Notes: a model not told the origin generated them from the sequence alone. A stretch of DNA of 63,650 nt, filler included, from Vannella sp. (GCA_023345925.1; 7 parts of 7 records of this genome joined end to end with filler, not necessarily neighbours in it), one strand, 5' to 3'; shown: positions 33,933 to 46,911, counted from the whole stretch's first letter. Made by a program: numbers and translations.

Positions 33933-36821
33933 TCAATCTCTTGGCTTCCAACGCGCCATGAGATTTGTCATTGATTCTGGTTTGATAGAGGAAAAGCAAA
34001 CGGTTTTTTCGCATTGATCGAAAATGAATTTTGAGCGTTCCCAGGTTTTCAAGCTTCCCCAGTTAGCCGGAAGAACACCAAGTAGCTTTTTGCAAAGGGT
34101 TTCCAGAGCTTGCGTTTCCCCTGAGGTCAACGTTGTAATGATGGGTTCTAAGTTGCTTGATTTCGTCAAGTCAATTCCTAAGCAATCTCCCAAAGACTGC
34201 CTGTCCAATAACAGAGCTCCATGTTCACACTGAGAACCAGTACGTTGGGCTCCACTTTGCAAAACTACTGATATGGGGAGATACGCCTTGTAGGAGAGAA
34301 GCAAGTTGCGGAATTCAGTAGCCGCCAGTTCCATTCCTTCATTTTGGAAAACGGACTTGGCTTTCTCTGGATGTTGATTTTCTAAGGGGCTAGTCGGAGA
34401 CGTCAGGTAACAAAAGTTCCGATTCAGCGAAAAAAGGTTTTCGCGTGTTCTTTCAGAGTCTGTCTTTGACGAGGTGAGTAGCTTGTGGCCGTATGCTACA
34501 AGCCCAAATGATGCTTCGCAAGTTTCCGCTTCGGAATCCAGGCACACCAAGAAGAATCCATCAAAATGCATGTTGGAGCTGGGCAAAAAGATGAAGCCTT
34601 CCAAAAGATAATCGAGATTCTTCTTCATGAGAAAGGCAACTGATCCATCGATGGGACCCAGCTGAAGGAGTTCTTCGTCAGGATCTCTTTTTGCGGACCC
34701 CATTTCTATTTTGCGATCGCTTTTGCGGAAGGAGACCAGATGCAGATGATCGTACACAACTTGCAGAGCTTCCCGTTCTGGTCGATTGCAGTTTCTGAAC
34801 ATCCTCGAAATTTCAATCATGAAGCTACGGGGATTGTTGATGACCCCCTTCACTTCAAAAGTTCCTGGGCTCTTGAAGAATTCATCAACAGATTGCTTGA
34901 AATCTCGGATCGTTCCGGGTACTGCTTGGGGCTTTTCGCTGGATCTGTTCAGGTAGTCATCTTCTGCTTTCGCAGCGTTTCTGGGCGACATTCTTCTTGG
35001 AGAGAGTGTCGATTCATCCTTCTGATTGGCTCTTGGAGAGAGTTTGCCTCTAGATTGAAATTCTTCTTCAAGATTTTTGACAAATGGGATCTTTCCAAAA
35101 GATTCGTACTTCAGTGATAAGTATTGAAGAGCCAAGCCGAAGTAAAGGTCGCATATTTCTTGCTTAATGCAGCCCATATTAGGGCCAGAGTAAACTTGCT
35201 TGAGGAGACGATACATACACTCCTTTTGATTTAGGAAGTCATGCTCCTTTCGGAGGAGGGATATTGTTCCGCGAGTAATGCCCTCGTTTGTTGCAAAGTG
35301 AACAACTGTGTCTTTCTCATTAATTGACGCAGATGGAGGAGTGCAGTAGTACGAGCAGAATCCACTGGCAATCATTTGGTTTCGCAGACCCAACATGCGA
35401 TCTACTTCAGGAAAAATCCCAAGAGCTGATGAGTCAGGGTTGCAGCTGAGAAAATCAATCATTGCAAACACTTTTTGAAGGTCATTCTGCTTAGTGGTGT
35501 TCAAAAGAGCTGTGGTAATGGTTGGCAACAGTCGCTTGCAACAATATGCCATTGCCTCAACAGTTTTCTGGTGAAGATCGTCCGTCGATGGCGTTTTGGA
35601 GACCTTCGCCTCCTCATCCCAGTAGAGAGGGAACCAATGAAGAAGTATTTGAGAAAGCAATCTTCGCCTCAAGGGAAGAAACTGTCCAAAAGGAGGGGAA
35701 AGCACGTAGGCTTCCAGTTCCTTTGGAAGGTTATTTGGCATCATCACCTTCAAGAGACCAATGGTCTCTGTTGAAGATTGCACCAAATCATGGCCGACGA
35801 ACTCTTGAACTTCTGGGAAGCCTTTACCGTTACCAGCAGTCGATTGGAGAATTGCAATGACGTCAGAGCTGAATGCCGTTCCAGAAAGTAGGATTGAGTT
35901 TTTTCTGCAGATTCCTGATAACAGTGCCTGAAGCAACAATGCGAGAATCCCGCACGTGGAAACATTTCCGTTGGTTGACAGGGTCTCGCCTCGAAGGGTA
36001 TACGATTTTGCAAAGTTCTGTGCTTCGTCAACAAAGACGGCAATGTTCCACACGTGCTCTTCCACATCAGGGCGAAGGAGTCTCTTGAGGCCTTGCAGCA
36101 ATTGTTTTGAAATCTCTATGAGATTGTTTGTGGACGCGTAAACTAATCCTTTTTCCGAAGACAGGCATTTAAAGATCCTTGATGGAAAGTCCGTGTTCCC
36201 ATACAGTTGCCAGTCCAAAAAGATGCTCGGAGGGATCTTGTCACCAGGTCTTGAACTGAGGAAATGTTTACTGCGAATGAAGAGTGCCAGAAGAGCGCTG
36301 ATGATTGAAATGTGAACAAATTGTATCCCTTCCAGAAGGATTCGCCCTTGAGGTAACTCCTCCACAGTGCGATGAAGCTCCTTCATCAATTCGTCAGAAA
36401 TTTCTCCAGCTCCTATCTCTCCTGCGAGGGTGCAGTTCAGAAACAAGCCATAGTTTACACTCAGGCCACGATAGATTCCAGAGGTCTTTCCACACGCAGA
36501 TGCAGCAAGAAGGCTTGAGAGTCTGTAATCTTCAAAGTGAGACTTGATAAAGTTGTCGATGCTGTAATTTGGCCAATGAAGGGTTGGCTCAGCTGCCATC
36601 AAATGGGTTAAAAGACGGTTATTTTTGATGACTTTTTGAAGCTTTGGATTGCTCCAAGGATGACCAGAGGCCTCAGGAGCAGGGTATGCTGAGCTGGAAC
36701 CGCCACAATACTCCTGGGCAAGCTCAATTACAATCTCTTCGAGGTTTTGAGTGGTTGGAACCGTGGCCCCAGCCTCTGTCCTGCACTTTGTCAACAGATC
36801 ACCTCTGAGGTTGTTAAACTT
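33933..36821 (-). CDS. Crinkler/CR-type NTPase + REase-like protein, 5'-truncated by the contig end; small extra 3' exons may extend to ~33503
   Basis: LAASACGKT, YGLFLNC, VFVDEAQ, LLSGTAFS, and C-terminal FLPSSNMHFDGFF...LVAYGHK. Confidence 0.62.
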   Translation of the reverse strand, partial: KFNNLRGDLLTKCRTEAGATVPTTQNLEEIVIELAQEYCGGSSSAYPAPEASGHPWSNPKLQKVIKNNRLLTHLMAAEPTLHWPNYSIDNFIKSHFEDYRLSSLLAASACGKTSGIYRGLSVNYGLFLNCTLAGEIGAGEISDELMKELHRTVEELPQGRILLEGIQFVHISIISALLALFIRSKHFLSSRPGDKIPPSIFLDWQLYGNTDFPSRIFKCLSSEKGLVYASTNNLIEISKQLLQGLKRLLRPDVEEHVWNIAVFVDEAQNFAKSYTLRGETLSTNGNVSTCGILALLLQALLSGICRKNSILLSGTAFSSDVIAILQSTAGNGKGFPEVQEFVGHDLVQSSTETIGLLKVMMPNNLPKELEAYVLSPPFGQFLPLRRRLLSQILLHWFPLYWDEEAKVSKTPSTDDLHQKTVEAMAYCCKRLLPTITTALLNTTKQNDLQKVFAMIDFLSCNPDSSALGIFPEVDRMLGLRNQMIASGFCSYYCTPPSASINEKDTVVHFATNEGITRGTISLLRKEHDFLNQKECMYRLLKQVYSGPNMGCIKQEICDLYFGLALQYLSLKYESFGKIPFVKNLEEEFQSRGKLSPRANQKDESTLSPRRMSPRNAAKAEDDYLNRSSEKPQAVPGTIRDFKQSVDEFFKSPGTFEVKGVINNPRSFMIEISRMFRNCNRPEREALQVVYDHLHLVSFRKSDRKIEMGSAKRDPDEELLQLGPIDGSVAFLMKKNLDYLLEGFIFLPSSNMHFDGFFLVCLDSEAETCEASFGLVAYGHKLLTSSKTDSERTRENLFSLNRNFCYLTSPTSPLENQHPEKAKSVFQNEGMELAATEFRNLLLSYKAYLPISVVLQSGAQRTGSQCEHGALLLDRQSLGDCLGIDLTKSSNLEPIITTLTSGETQALETLCKKLLGVLPANWGSLKTWERSKFIFDQCEKTVCFSSIKPESMTNLMARWKPRD

Positions 36822-37266
36822 NNNNNNNNNNNNNNNNNNNNNNNNNNNNNNNNNNNNNNNNNNNNTTAATTAATTAANNNNNNNNNNNNNNNNNNNNNNN
36901 NNNNNNNNNNNNNNNNNNNNNTGATATCAAAAACAGCGACAATCTCTGCAAAAAAACCCCCTTCTCAGGTTTTCTTAGAAACTTCTCAGTGCAGGGTTTC
37001 CGTGGGCACGATGATGCTGAAATAGAAAAAAAGTGGTTCGATTTCCCTCGTTTTCCGAAGTCACGAGCCCGGCGAGGGCATTTCCCCTTGTTTGGGTCCT
37101 CAAGCATGAAATCAGTCCAAAAGCTTATCCTGAAGACATGATTCATCAGGGCAAGCTACGCAAACACGAAACCTCTTCCCCTTCACTAGTAGTGGGTTTC
37201 CTCGGTGCGTTTCGCATCGTTTGGGAGAGATTTAGTGAGGCAAAAAATTATCGGGAGGAGAAGTCG

Positions 37267-38833
37267 TCACCAAGTCAAATCACAGGCGATACCAAAGTGG
37301 TCAGAGGACCATAGTAATAAGGGGTTCCCATTCCCATCAATCTGGTTCAATTCGACTGGAATTCTGCCAAGTCTGTGGTAATTGGCAGCTCTTGCTCCAC
37401 GCAAAAACATGAAATCGATCCGCTTGATCGGTTCCCAAGCTGGAAATGTGAATGCATCTGACTGAGGGACTTGTGATTGGGAAAACGCGTCCTCATAGTC
37501 GGCCCGAATCCCGTCAATCTCGGATTCTCCCAGCAAGAAAGTGATTGCAGGATCATTTGGTTCCGCATTCAGGTCACCCATGAACACATGAGGAAGAGGA
37601 AACTGTTGCACCCAGTTCCAGAGCTCTAAAACGGCTCTTTGTCGCGCAGTTTCTGTCAACGCAAAATGGGAGTGGAACACATTAATGTGACCTTGGGGTG
37701 TCTCGATTAAGTACCGCATCACTAGTCGTTGATGGGCATCATCAGAATCAGAGAGAACTCGTGATAAAACAAGATGAGAAGACTGGAGGATTGGGAACCG
37801 ACTGAACACAGCCAATCCCTCATCAGTGTGAAAGCGATCCAAGTAACTCATGGCTGGGCGGTAATGATACTGCCAAAGGTTTCCAGAATCCTTACTCTGG
37901 AATGCTTTGAGCAGTTCATTCACCTGAAAGCGCTTCCGCTCTTTCTGAGATAATGTTATTCGCAGTCACACAACAAATCGCCTTCTTACTCCATATTGCC
38001 GATACATATACTCGTCTATTACATTGTAACGGACTTCCTGTAGAACAACAAAGTCGACACCATCCTACTCTACCGTTAATCTCAAAGCCACTTCCCGAAT
38101 GCACCAACTCACTTCTAGAATGTTCTCGACAATCATCTCTGCTCGCCGTTCCCACTGGTCATTGAAGTTCCAGATATTGTACGTGGCTGCACGGACCCCT
38201 TTGGTACAATCTTTCGACCCAAACGAGTGAGGAGGATCGTCTGAAACTTGGTCGAGTGTCGATAACCATCGGTGGGAGACGGGGAAGACCGCATTGTCGA
38301 TGTCCACCCAGATGTTGAAGAAGTGGGTCTCGTGAGAGAAGTGAAGGGTCACGTTGTACTCCCTGGCCAACTCAAGGCGTTCGTTTGTCATCTTATGGCG
38401 GTTAGTCTCAGAGCAAGGAGCAGCACTTGAATGGAGGGCGTACCACATAGTAGCCATGCTGGTTCTGAACTCTCTTCAGAAGGTACTCAGGGTCAGCAGT
38501 AGCAGACTCTCTCCGGAGGTGGAACACGAGAAACTCTTCCATCACCACCCTCGAAGCGAAGTCCTCCAATAGATGGGCCAAGGAAAGGCGTTCAAACCCC
38601 TCACGGTGAAGGATAGTCTCCAACTCTTGCATGAGCTCCAATGTAGTGATCTTTAACAGCGGCTTCTTCTCGCTCTCGTCTTCCTTCGCATCGAAAAGGC
38701 GTTCTGTCGCCTCCCACTCGAGACCAGAGAACCCCAGACTAACAACTGTAGATTCACTCGAGTTCTCACTTGTCACAGCCCCCAACGCGACTAAAAGTAC
38801 CGCGATCATTAGGCAGCTCCTCGCTCCCTCCAT
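37267..38833 (-). CDS. Secreted endonuclease/exonuclease/phosphatase (EEP) family protein (multi-exon)
   Basis: Signal peptide, ATYNIWN, EGLAVFSRFPI, MGDLNAEP, KRIDF and SSDH. Confidence 0.85.
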
Positions 38834-39166
38834 CGCCTTCGAATGATTCCTTTCTTTGTCTTCTCCCTCCAAGTGGCTCATTCTCCTTCTAGCAGTCGTC
38901 TACTTACGACCTCTAGGGTCATTGTCACTCAACATCAACCCAATAAACTGGAGTGGGGTACTTAGATCCGAAGAAGAGGAGCTGGAGCGTAGACCAGGAT
39001 GGTGTAGAAGCAGACAGAACCTCTTCTTTGAGTAGGGGAGACACTGCAGCCTTCTGTAGTGGAGTGAAGGAAGCGGTCGCGTCTCTTTGGGATGATCGTG
39101 CTGCGGTTTATTGTTGTGAGGGAAACGTTCTATCCTTAGCGAAACACTCTACTGAGGTTGAGGTGC

Positions 39167-39632
39167 TTACTCAGCTGCTTGCCTCTGTTTGCCCAGGTCA
39201 GCGCGAGGAACAACAGGAAAATCAGGTAAAAAAGATGGGCTTGCTCCTTACCTCCTTAGCCTCATCAACAAGGCGAAGACGAAGCTTCTCTACTTCTCCA
39301 GCGTTAGCCTTGGAGAGCTGCTTGTAGAAGTCGTTCTTTCGGACGTTGTAGACCTGGTGGTGCCAGTACTTCCAGACTCCGCCAACAGCGAGACCGATGA
39401 CGGTTCCAACAACCACGTGCCTGGTAAAGGACTTGGCAGGCGAGTCTGTGAGGTATTGAAGGCGGAACTTGGAGGCTCCAGGGAAGGGGAACAGCGAGAT
39501 AGGCTGGGTGTACCTTCCGACTGCACGGCACGCCTTCGTCCACAAAGATGGGTTGCGCGTGTGTTTCAAGTCAAAGAAAGCTTCACGGCTGATCTGCTGG
39601 GTGGGGATCTCGGCCTTCTGAGGTGCGCCCAT
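39167..39632 (-). CDS. Small single-TM protein resembling cytochrome c oxidase subunit 5C/6C (two exons)
   Basis: RHVVVGTVIGLAVGGVWKYWHHQVYNVRKNDFYKQL resembles the plant COX5C pattern (..IG..LGLAAGGLWKMHHW....K...FY.LL). An intron after ...EAKE gives ...RQAAE*. Confidence 0.55.
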
Positions 39633-39791
39633 GCTGCTAATGGAAGGAGGCCCAAAAAGTGATGTCCTAGAATAATAGAAGATTTGTTAATTGCATTGAT
39701 TATCGCTATTTATCACAAGAGCGTAATGAGTGAATTCCTGGAAGTGGGAATGTGGTCGAGCCGCAGGATTGGACTTTCTTTGTTTTCTGTC

Positions 39792-40949
39792 ATGTTTGCT
39801 CGTGCTGCCTCCTCAACTCTCTTGCATCGCGTGTCTGCACGCACCTTCGCCTCTGGACAGGTGGGTGGATGAAGGGATCGGAAAGGGCTGACAAGTGGCA
39901 GAAGTTTGGAAAGGTCGCTGTACTCGGTGCTGCTGGTGGCATCGGCCAGCCCCTTTCTCTTCTGCTGAAGAACGACTCCTCTGTGAGCGAGCTCAACCTT
40001 TACGATATCGCCAATACTCGCGGTGTTGCCTCTGACTTGAGCCACATCAACAGTGCTGCCAAGGTCTGTCCCCGCTTGCCAAGCCGCCCATGCTCTTGCT
40101 AACTTATGAGAGCAGGTTGCTGGATTTGTTGGCGCTGATAACCTCGCTGCTGCTCTTAAGGGCTGCGATGTTGTCGTTATCCCCGCTGGTGTTCCCCGTA
40201 AGCCCGGTATGACCCGTGATGACTTGTTCAACACCAACGCAAACATTGTTCGCACTCTTGCTGAGGCCTGTGCCGTGAACTGCCCTGAGGCCCACATCCT
40301 CGTCATCGCCAACCCTGTGAACTCGACCGTCCCAATTATTGCTGAGACACTGAAGAAGCACGGCGTCTACAACAAGGACAGACTCTATGGTGTTACCACT
40401 CTTGATGTCTCTCGCTCCCGCACCTTCATTGCTGAGCTCAAGGGTGTCGACCCCGTCACTCTCGACGTGCCCGTTATTGGAGGCCATGCTGGAACCACCA
40501 TCATCCCCATTCTTTCCCGAGTATGTCTTCTGAAACTACGAGTGCTCTGTGACTCATTTCCTTGTTAGAACTCTGCTGGGGTGACTTTCACTGACGCCGA
40601 GCGTGATGCGCTCACGCACCGCATCCAGTTTGGCGGTGACGAGGTCGTCCAAGCAAAGGATGGTGCCGGTTCTGCTACTCTCTCCATGGCCTACGCTGGT
40701 GCCCAGTTCACTCTCCGCCTCCTTCAGGCCCTGAATGGTGCTTCTGACATTGTTGAGTGCACTTACGTCGAGTCCACTGTCACTGATGCACCTTTCTTCG
40801 CCACCCCCGTTCTTTTGGGCCCCAATGGAGTCCAGAAGATCCACGGCATTGGTGAGATCACCGCCTACGAGCAGAAGATTGTCGACGCTGCTGTTCCTGA
40901 GCTCATCAAGAGCATCGAGAAGGGCATCCAGTTTGTCAAGGGCAACTAA
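39792..40949 (+). CDS. MDH2: Malate dehydrogenase, mitochondrial (multi-exon)
   Basis: [65 protein letters not shown]-terminal presequence. Confidence 0.97.
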
Positions 40950-41030
40950 GCACTTCCCAGAGAACGATAAATCGTGTCCTGACCTCCAAATGGGGATCCA
41001 TGAGGGCTTGGGGCCATTTTTAGGGACTTG

Positions 41031-42029
41031 ATGGAAGAAGGCCAACTCTTGGGCGTGGATCCTCATCCCTTGCCGCTGAGTGTGCTTCCCCCGAATGTCA
41101 AGGTTCTCCAAAAGCCAGATGGAGGGTGGAGCTACGTGATCGGGACGGCTCATGTCTCCCAAGTATCTGTCGAGCATGTGCGGGAGGTGATCCAGCTCGT
41201 TCGGCCGAACACCGTTGTCCTGGAGCTCTGCAGAAGCCGTATTGGTATACTAGTGGAGCAACAAGCTCAGGAAACCGAGGGCGAGGTAGCTCTACACCCA
41301 CAAGGGAGAGTCACGGTGCTAAGAACGTTTAGACAAAGGAAGGGGACAGCGTATGGAAGCAGCTGGGTGAAGGAATGAAGAAGAAGAACGGATCCCAGCT
41401 ATTACACATCCTCTTAGCCCGAGCAATCCAGTCCCTGACGAAAGACCTCAACATTCAGTCAGGTTCGTTCCTTCCTTGCCCATTCTCCAGCCTCTTACGC
41501 TCCCAAAGGGACAGAGTTGAGAGCAGGAGCTGAAGAAGCTCTTAAGATACAAGCTCAGATCCTCCTAGGCGACAGACCGATCGAGATCACCTTCAAGAGG
41601 ACTTGGGCGCGCCTCTCTCGCTACGAGAAGGTGAAGATCTTCGGCGCCATTGTGTATGTGTTGGTCTTTGGCACCAAGATCAGTGCAGAGGACGTCGAGA
41701 AGCTGAAGAACGGCGACATGCTGACTGAGATGATGGAGGAGATGGCGGCCAAGTTCCCCGGCACTCTCGAGACGATTGTCCACGAGCGCGACCTCTACCT
41801 GACTGGGAGTCTCCGAGACTGTCCTGGGCGCATCGTTGTGGGAGTGGTGGGGCTGGGACATCTCTCTGGTATCGAGGAGCATTGGGAGGAAGAGATTAAC
41901 CGAGAGTCCCTTCTCTTACTCCCTCAGCCAGTGGCCAACTCGAGGATTGCTAGACTCTTTGGCTGGGGACTTCTTAGTACATTGGCAGTGGTCTGTGGCA
42001 TTGGCATCCGGCACTTCTTCCTCTCATAA
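41031..42029 (+). CDS. TraB-domain protein (TRABD-like; multi-exon)
   Basis: IGTAHVS..S...V..VI..VRP..VVLELC.SR, LGDRPIEIT, IVHERD, VGVVGLGHL and a C-terminal TM segment. Confidence 0.9.
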
Positions 42030-42037
42030 CATCCATT

Positions 42038-43379
42038 TTATCCCACAAGCGACATGGCCACAATCGCCACCAGGAGTACCAAGACACACATCACTGGCAG
42101 GAGCTGACCCTTCGTAAGAGGCTTAGACTGGGCTGGTGAGCTTGGTGGACTCGGACGAGGTGACTTGGTGAAAGAGGTCAATGGGGCCAAGTCAACTCCT
42201 GGACAACCAATGAGGCACTCCTTTGAGCCGTGGAAGGGACTCACCTTGCGACTGAGGTTCCAAAAGAAGGAAATCAGGAGGGACAGAAGAGGGGAGACCC
42301 AGCAAATCTTGGCAACGACGGAGACTGTCCAAGGCACTTTCGCCAGGAAGCTGGTAATCGCTCATAGGAAGTGAGAAATAGGTGGAATTTAATGCCACCC
42401 TATTTGGTACACTCCACACTTGAGAAGCGGGCTTGTGAGACTCTCCCATGACGTCCAATCGTTGAAGGAATGTCCGACTGAGGTCGGTCCAGAGAAGGCT
42501 GGGAATGTCCCGTAAAAGCGTCTTATCACTTACAACGCACGTTAAACTGAGGTTCAGGCTGATACGAAGCCCGCGGGCTACCCTTTCTACCTCATTTGAG
42601 GCAGAAAGACACTTTTGTGGTCCAAATATTTCAACTTCCGTTGTTGCTCCTGGGCTGGAACTAGCTAGGAAGGTTCCAACAGTCCTTGTTTCTTCTGGGG
42701 TGAGGAAGGTCCCATTAATAGCCATCTCAAAGGCATCTGGGCGGAGGAGCTTCAGACAACTCAGCCCATTTTGGGAAATCTGCTCAGAAAGTCCTTCGTC
42801 CCCGCTCAGAGGCACTCTCAGCTCTATTCGGAACTTGGATTGCATCCTCCGTATCTCTAGTCCAGTGATGATCACCTCTGCCAGGTCCTGGAGTGTGTTA
42901 TCAGCTGACAGGTGCGAAAACTCTGTTGTCTTGCCGCCCAGCAGTGCCAAGATCGGGCCCATCTTGGAAGTCTGATGAGCTGTTGTGTCCCCAACGGAGA
43001 TATCAGGCCGAGTCGCTCTTTGGAGGACTCGAAGAGCCAAAAGGAGTGAAAGAGCGTTTGGAGCTTTGACAGCGATCCCCACAACGCGGCAGCCTCCAGG
43101 CAGGGCGCGGTTGAGTTGAAAAGCGTGATTACCCAGCGAATCTAACACATCTCGCTCCTGCAGGCGCCTCCACGACCCTTCTTGATGGGGCAGCTGGTAT
43201 GGAACCACCTCAACCACCTGATCCAGTGTCTGGCCCTCCTTATCACCTTTCCATCAGGTTCTGGTGCGCACGAATAGACGACTACTTACAAATGCAACCA
43301 ACAGACCTACACTCTCATCGCTCCATCCACCAAGAGCCGAAACCACCTTGGTCGACACCTCCAATTGCCCCTTCGCCAT
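42038..43379 (-). CDS. ODR-4-like membrane protein (multi-exon; start uncertain)
   Basis: HAFQLNRALPGGCRVVGI, DLSRTFLQRL, PNRV, and a last exon encoding a C-terminal TM helix. Confidence 0.6.
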
Positions 43380-43748
43380 CAGAAATGAAGCAGAAATGTC
43401 ATTTATCTGATTGTTTGAAGCCCTTTCTGAAGGAGGACTCAGGGTTAAGAGAAAGAAGAGGAAAGTGAGGGCTCCCCCTCGAGGGTGAAGGTGCTGGGGG
43501 TGAAGAGGGAGAAAGTGAGAGCTGGGTGAAGGTGATTAGGAATGAGGAGGCGAAGTTCATCCAGGTTGCAATCGAGAACACATACAGTAGCGACTGCAAG
43601 TTCTCAGGAAGCATCACCAGACAATCATTTCAAGGTATGATTCATGTTNNNNNNNNNNNNNNNNNNNNNNNNNNNNNNNNNNNNNNNNNNNNTTAATTAA
43701 TTAANNNNNNNNNNNNNNNNNNNNNNNNNNNNNNNNNNNNNNNNNNNN

Positions 43749-46700
43749 GCATACACCACCACGGTGGACTTTGAGATCTGTTTGAACAGTTTCTCTCTTT
43801 CTTCCCTCTCTGAGGTGTGTGTCATCAAAGTGAGCCTAGAGCAAGGCCAAGAAGACTTCTCATGTAGGTCCAAGAGGCTTTGAGAAGTGGAACTGACTCT
43901 TTGGGACAGTGCCTCACCAAGACATCATCTTGGACGAACGAGATCCTCTTCATCTCTCACCTCTCGAGCCTTACACGCCTGTGGAAGATGACAACATGCT
44001 CCTTTGCACCTTTGATATGGCGAGCGGAAGTACCAATGACACGGAGCGCAATTTGGTCGTTCCTACGATGAATCCTGGGTCGCAGAGACCTCGTCTGATT
44101 CCCTTCCACGGGCCAGTGAGTAGCTTTGAGGTGCTTGGAGCTGCAAACCACTGCCGCTTGATAAGTCCCAATACGGCGTGTCATTACAGACTCAAATCTT
44201 GTGTCACTCTGATCCATCGCCAGTTCCCTTCAGGAACATCGATCCATTCACTTCAATTTCTGCCAGAGTATTACCCAGTCCCGGAGGTTCTTGGAATGGA
44301 AAACGAATCAGTGGAAGACCGAAGAGCGAGGGTGATGAAGAACATCAAAAGGCAGACCGGGCTCGATGAATCTGAGATTTTCTCTTCGAAGAAAGGCCAG
44401 GTGAATACTGCTAGCTTTGGGCAGGTGCTCGGACGCGTTCAGTCGCCTCACAGTCTCCGTCTCTTAATTGGGACAGGGAGGAACGGGTACCTTTACGATG
44501 TGCGGGATCCCCGTTTACTCTGTGAGTACTCTTTTACCGATCTTACACTTGCGACACAGGCCACCTCCGAGTTGCTCTATACTCTAACAGAAAACTGCAT
44601 TATTGTGTGGTCAATGCGTCCCTGCTCATCCGCTGGAGAAAGATTTCCGAGGCCTTGCGTGATGGGCATTGAACCAATTGATCAACCACGGACAATGATT
44701 ACCTTTGGAAGACATCTACTAGTTGTTCCGCGATTGAATGTCAGGGAAGATCCCCGGACAGATACTGTTACAGCTCAGGAGGTTTCAGCTCCGATTCAAA
44801 TTCTTCACCACAAGAAACTGCTTCCTCTCTTTGAAGAGATTAGGGAGTTTGCTCTCCTGAATCAGCAGAGTAGCTACGAAGGATACTTCCAATTGATGTT
44901 GGAGCTCCATTTCTTGCTATCTGCAAAGCTCGAACGACTGAACCAACAGTTAATGGAGACAGGATACTATGGAACTCTCATTCTCTCTGACTCAACTTAC
45001 CACAAAGAGTTCGGCCCTTCCAAAGAGGCGCTTGTCCGTCAAATCCAAGCCGAAGCAGACACTTATTACGAAAAGTACAAAGAATCCTGTGCCGTTCTAG
45101 GAGACTATCACTTCCGCACCGGAATATTCTCCCGAAGTAGCGTGTTCTTTAGTGAATCGGATCGCTGTGTAAGTGAAGTGCTTCGACCCATGCTTGCTGT
45201 TGTGCGGGACCAGGAGCTCTCAAGTGGTCGCCGTGCAGTCATTAACTATCTTGATGCTGTTCTTTACGATCCAGATCGGGAAAACATTGTTGATGAGACC
45301 CCTGAGTTGGCCAATCGCATTCTTGCTCTTTATTATGCCTTGGCGCGTTCAAAGCTTGCTTCAATAATCCTCGAATCTTCTTTGTCACAGTATGACCAAA
45401 AGTATGCGCTTGAGCTACTACAAGATGACCCTCCTGCCCGAGGAACCAGCACTCGTGCAGGAAGTGCCCCTCAGATCATCACAGTTCCACCGCTTGATGG
45501 TGAAGAGGTTCTTCCAGGCATCCTAGTTGCTCCCCAGTCGGGATTGTCGTTGAAGAGTACTTTTGTTCGTGCTCTCCTCCGCTTGGATCTGGGCCAACAA
45601 GAACTTGCTGCAGAGGACATACTCTCTCTGGAGCCAGAGGTTCTCATTGAGTTCTGTGAGCAGAACCCCCAACTGCTCCTTCCTGATTTGGGAGAGGAAG
45701 ATACGTACGATATGGTTCCTCCAGAATTGCAAGGAGGTGAAGGATTCCAGATGCCAACTACCAAGCCTCGCACTCGAAAGAGGTGTACTAGTATCCTCCG
45801 CAGTATGGCTCCTGGTCGCTCAATGAAGCCTGAAGCTACGCCAAAATCTGGGAAGCATTTAACTCTCGGTCAATTGCTCTATCAGATCGATCCCTGGCCT
45901 CTTCTCGAGGTCCTCGTTCGAATTCGAGAGTACGTTCCAGTCAGTGCTGCCCTTAGACTGCTTCGTGCCGGCAATCTACAAGACTTGAGCGATGAAATGA
46001 TATTCCTCTTGGAATGCTACCTCGAGTGGGTGCTGCTAGAATCGGGCTTCCCATGCAAAGAAGCGTTCATAGTTCTCCTTGAATTATATTCGAAAAGAGT
46101 TTTAACCAAAAACGTTGACACAGAGTTCTCGCCAGCAGTAACACCTCCCGAAAGTAAATGCCGTGGAAGGCAACGATTGCAGGTTCGGCGCCGCTGGCTA
46201 GTGATACATCGAGATAGCTGCATCTCAGAGCGCCGAGATTGGTTGAATCAAATCGCACCATTTGATGTCACCAATCCTTACGCGAGCCGCAGTCCCTTCT
46301 TTGACGAGAACGAGGAGCCAACGGCTCCGTATTTCTATCTGCAAAAGCTCCAAGGACTTTTGTCGCTTCGCAACGTTACTTTTCCTGATCTTATCGGTCC
46401 TCTATTTGAGAGGATCAATTCATCACCAAGTATCGATGGAAAATTGTCTTTGCGCTTGTTGTGTTTCCCCATCATGGGGCGAATAATGGAAGCCATCCCT
46501 TTGGTCATCAAGGAGTGCCCAACAATCACATGTGCTTATGCAACAGACTATTGCGATGATAATGCTCAGTGGCGAAAGGTACTAGAGCACTTAAACCAAT
46601 CAGGGGAAGGCGCAGTTTATCGCGAGATAATCTCCTCTTTGGTTCGAATGAAAGACCCTGTTGCTTTCCTCCAACTCCTTCCTGAGGATGGCAACATGGA

Positions 46701-46803
46701 TCTTTTCTTACCTTACATCGAACAATGCTTCCGCTTGCATTTCGCTGAGCTTCTCAAGTCCTCCATTGCACACCAGGCAAAAGTGCGGGTCCCTGAAAAG
46801 TGA
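43749..46803 (+). CDS. HPS3-like BLOC-2 subunit (5' partial)
   Basis: Long ORF with YKESCAVLGD, YLQKLQGLL and C-terminal FLQLLPEDGNMDLFLPYI, resembling the HPS3 C-terminus as I recall it. Confidence 0.6.
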
Positions 46804-46911
46804 TGAATCGAAGGAGAAGACATCTTACTCTATTAAAGTTCCCTTTCTTCCCAGAGTCAATCGCAGGGTCAGTTGAACAAATGTTTGTTGGGAACTCTCG
46901 GTCCTTGGTAG

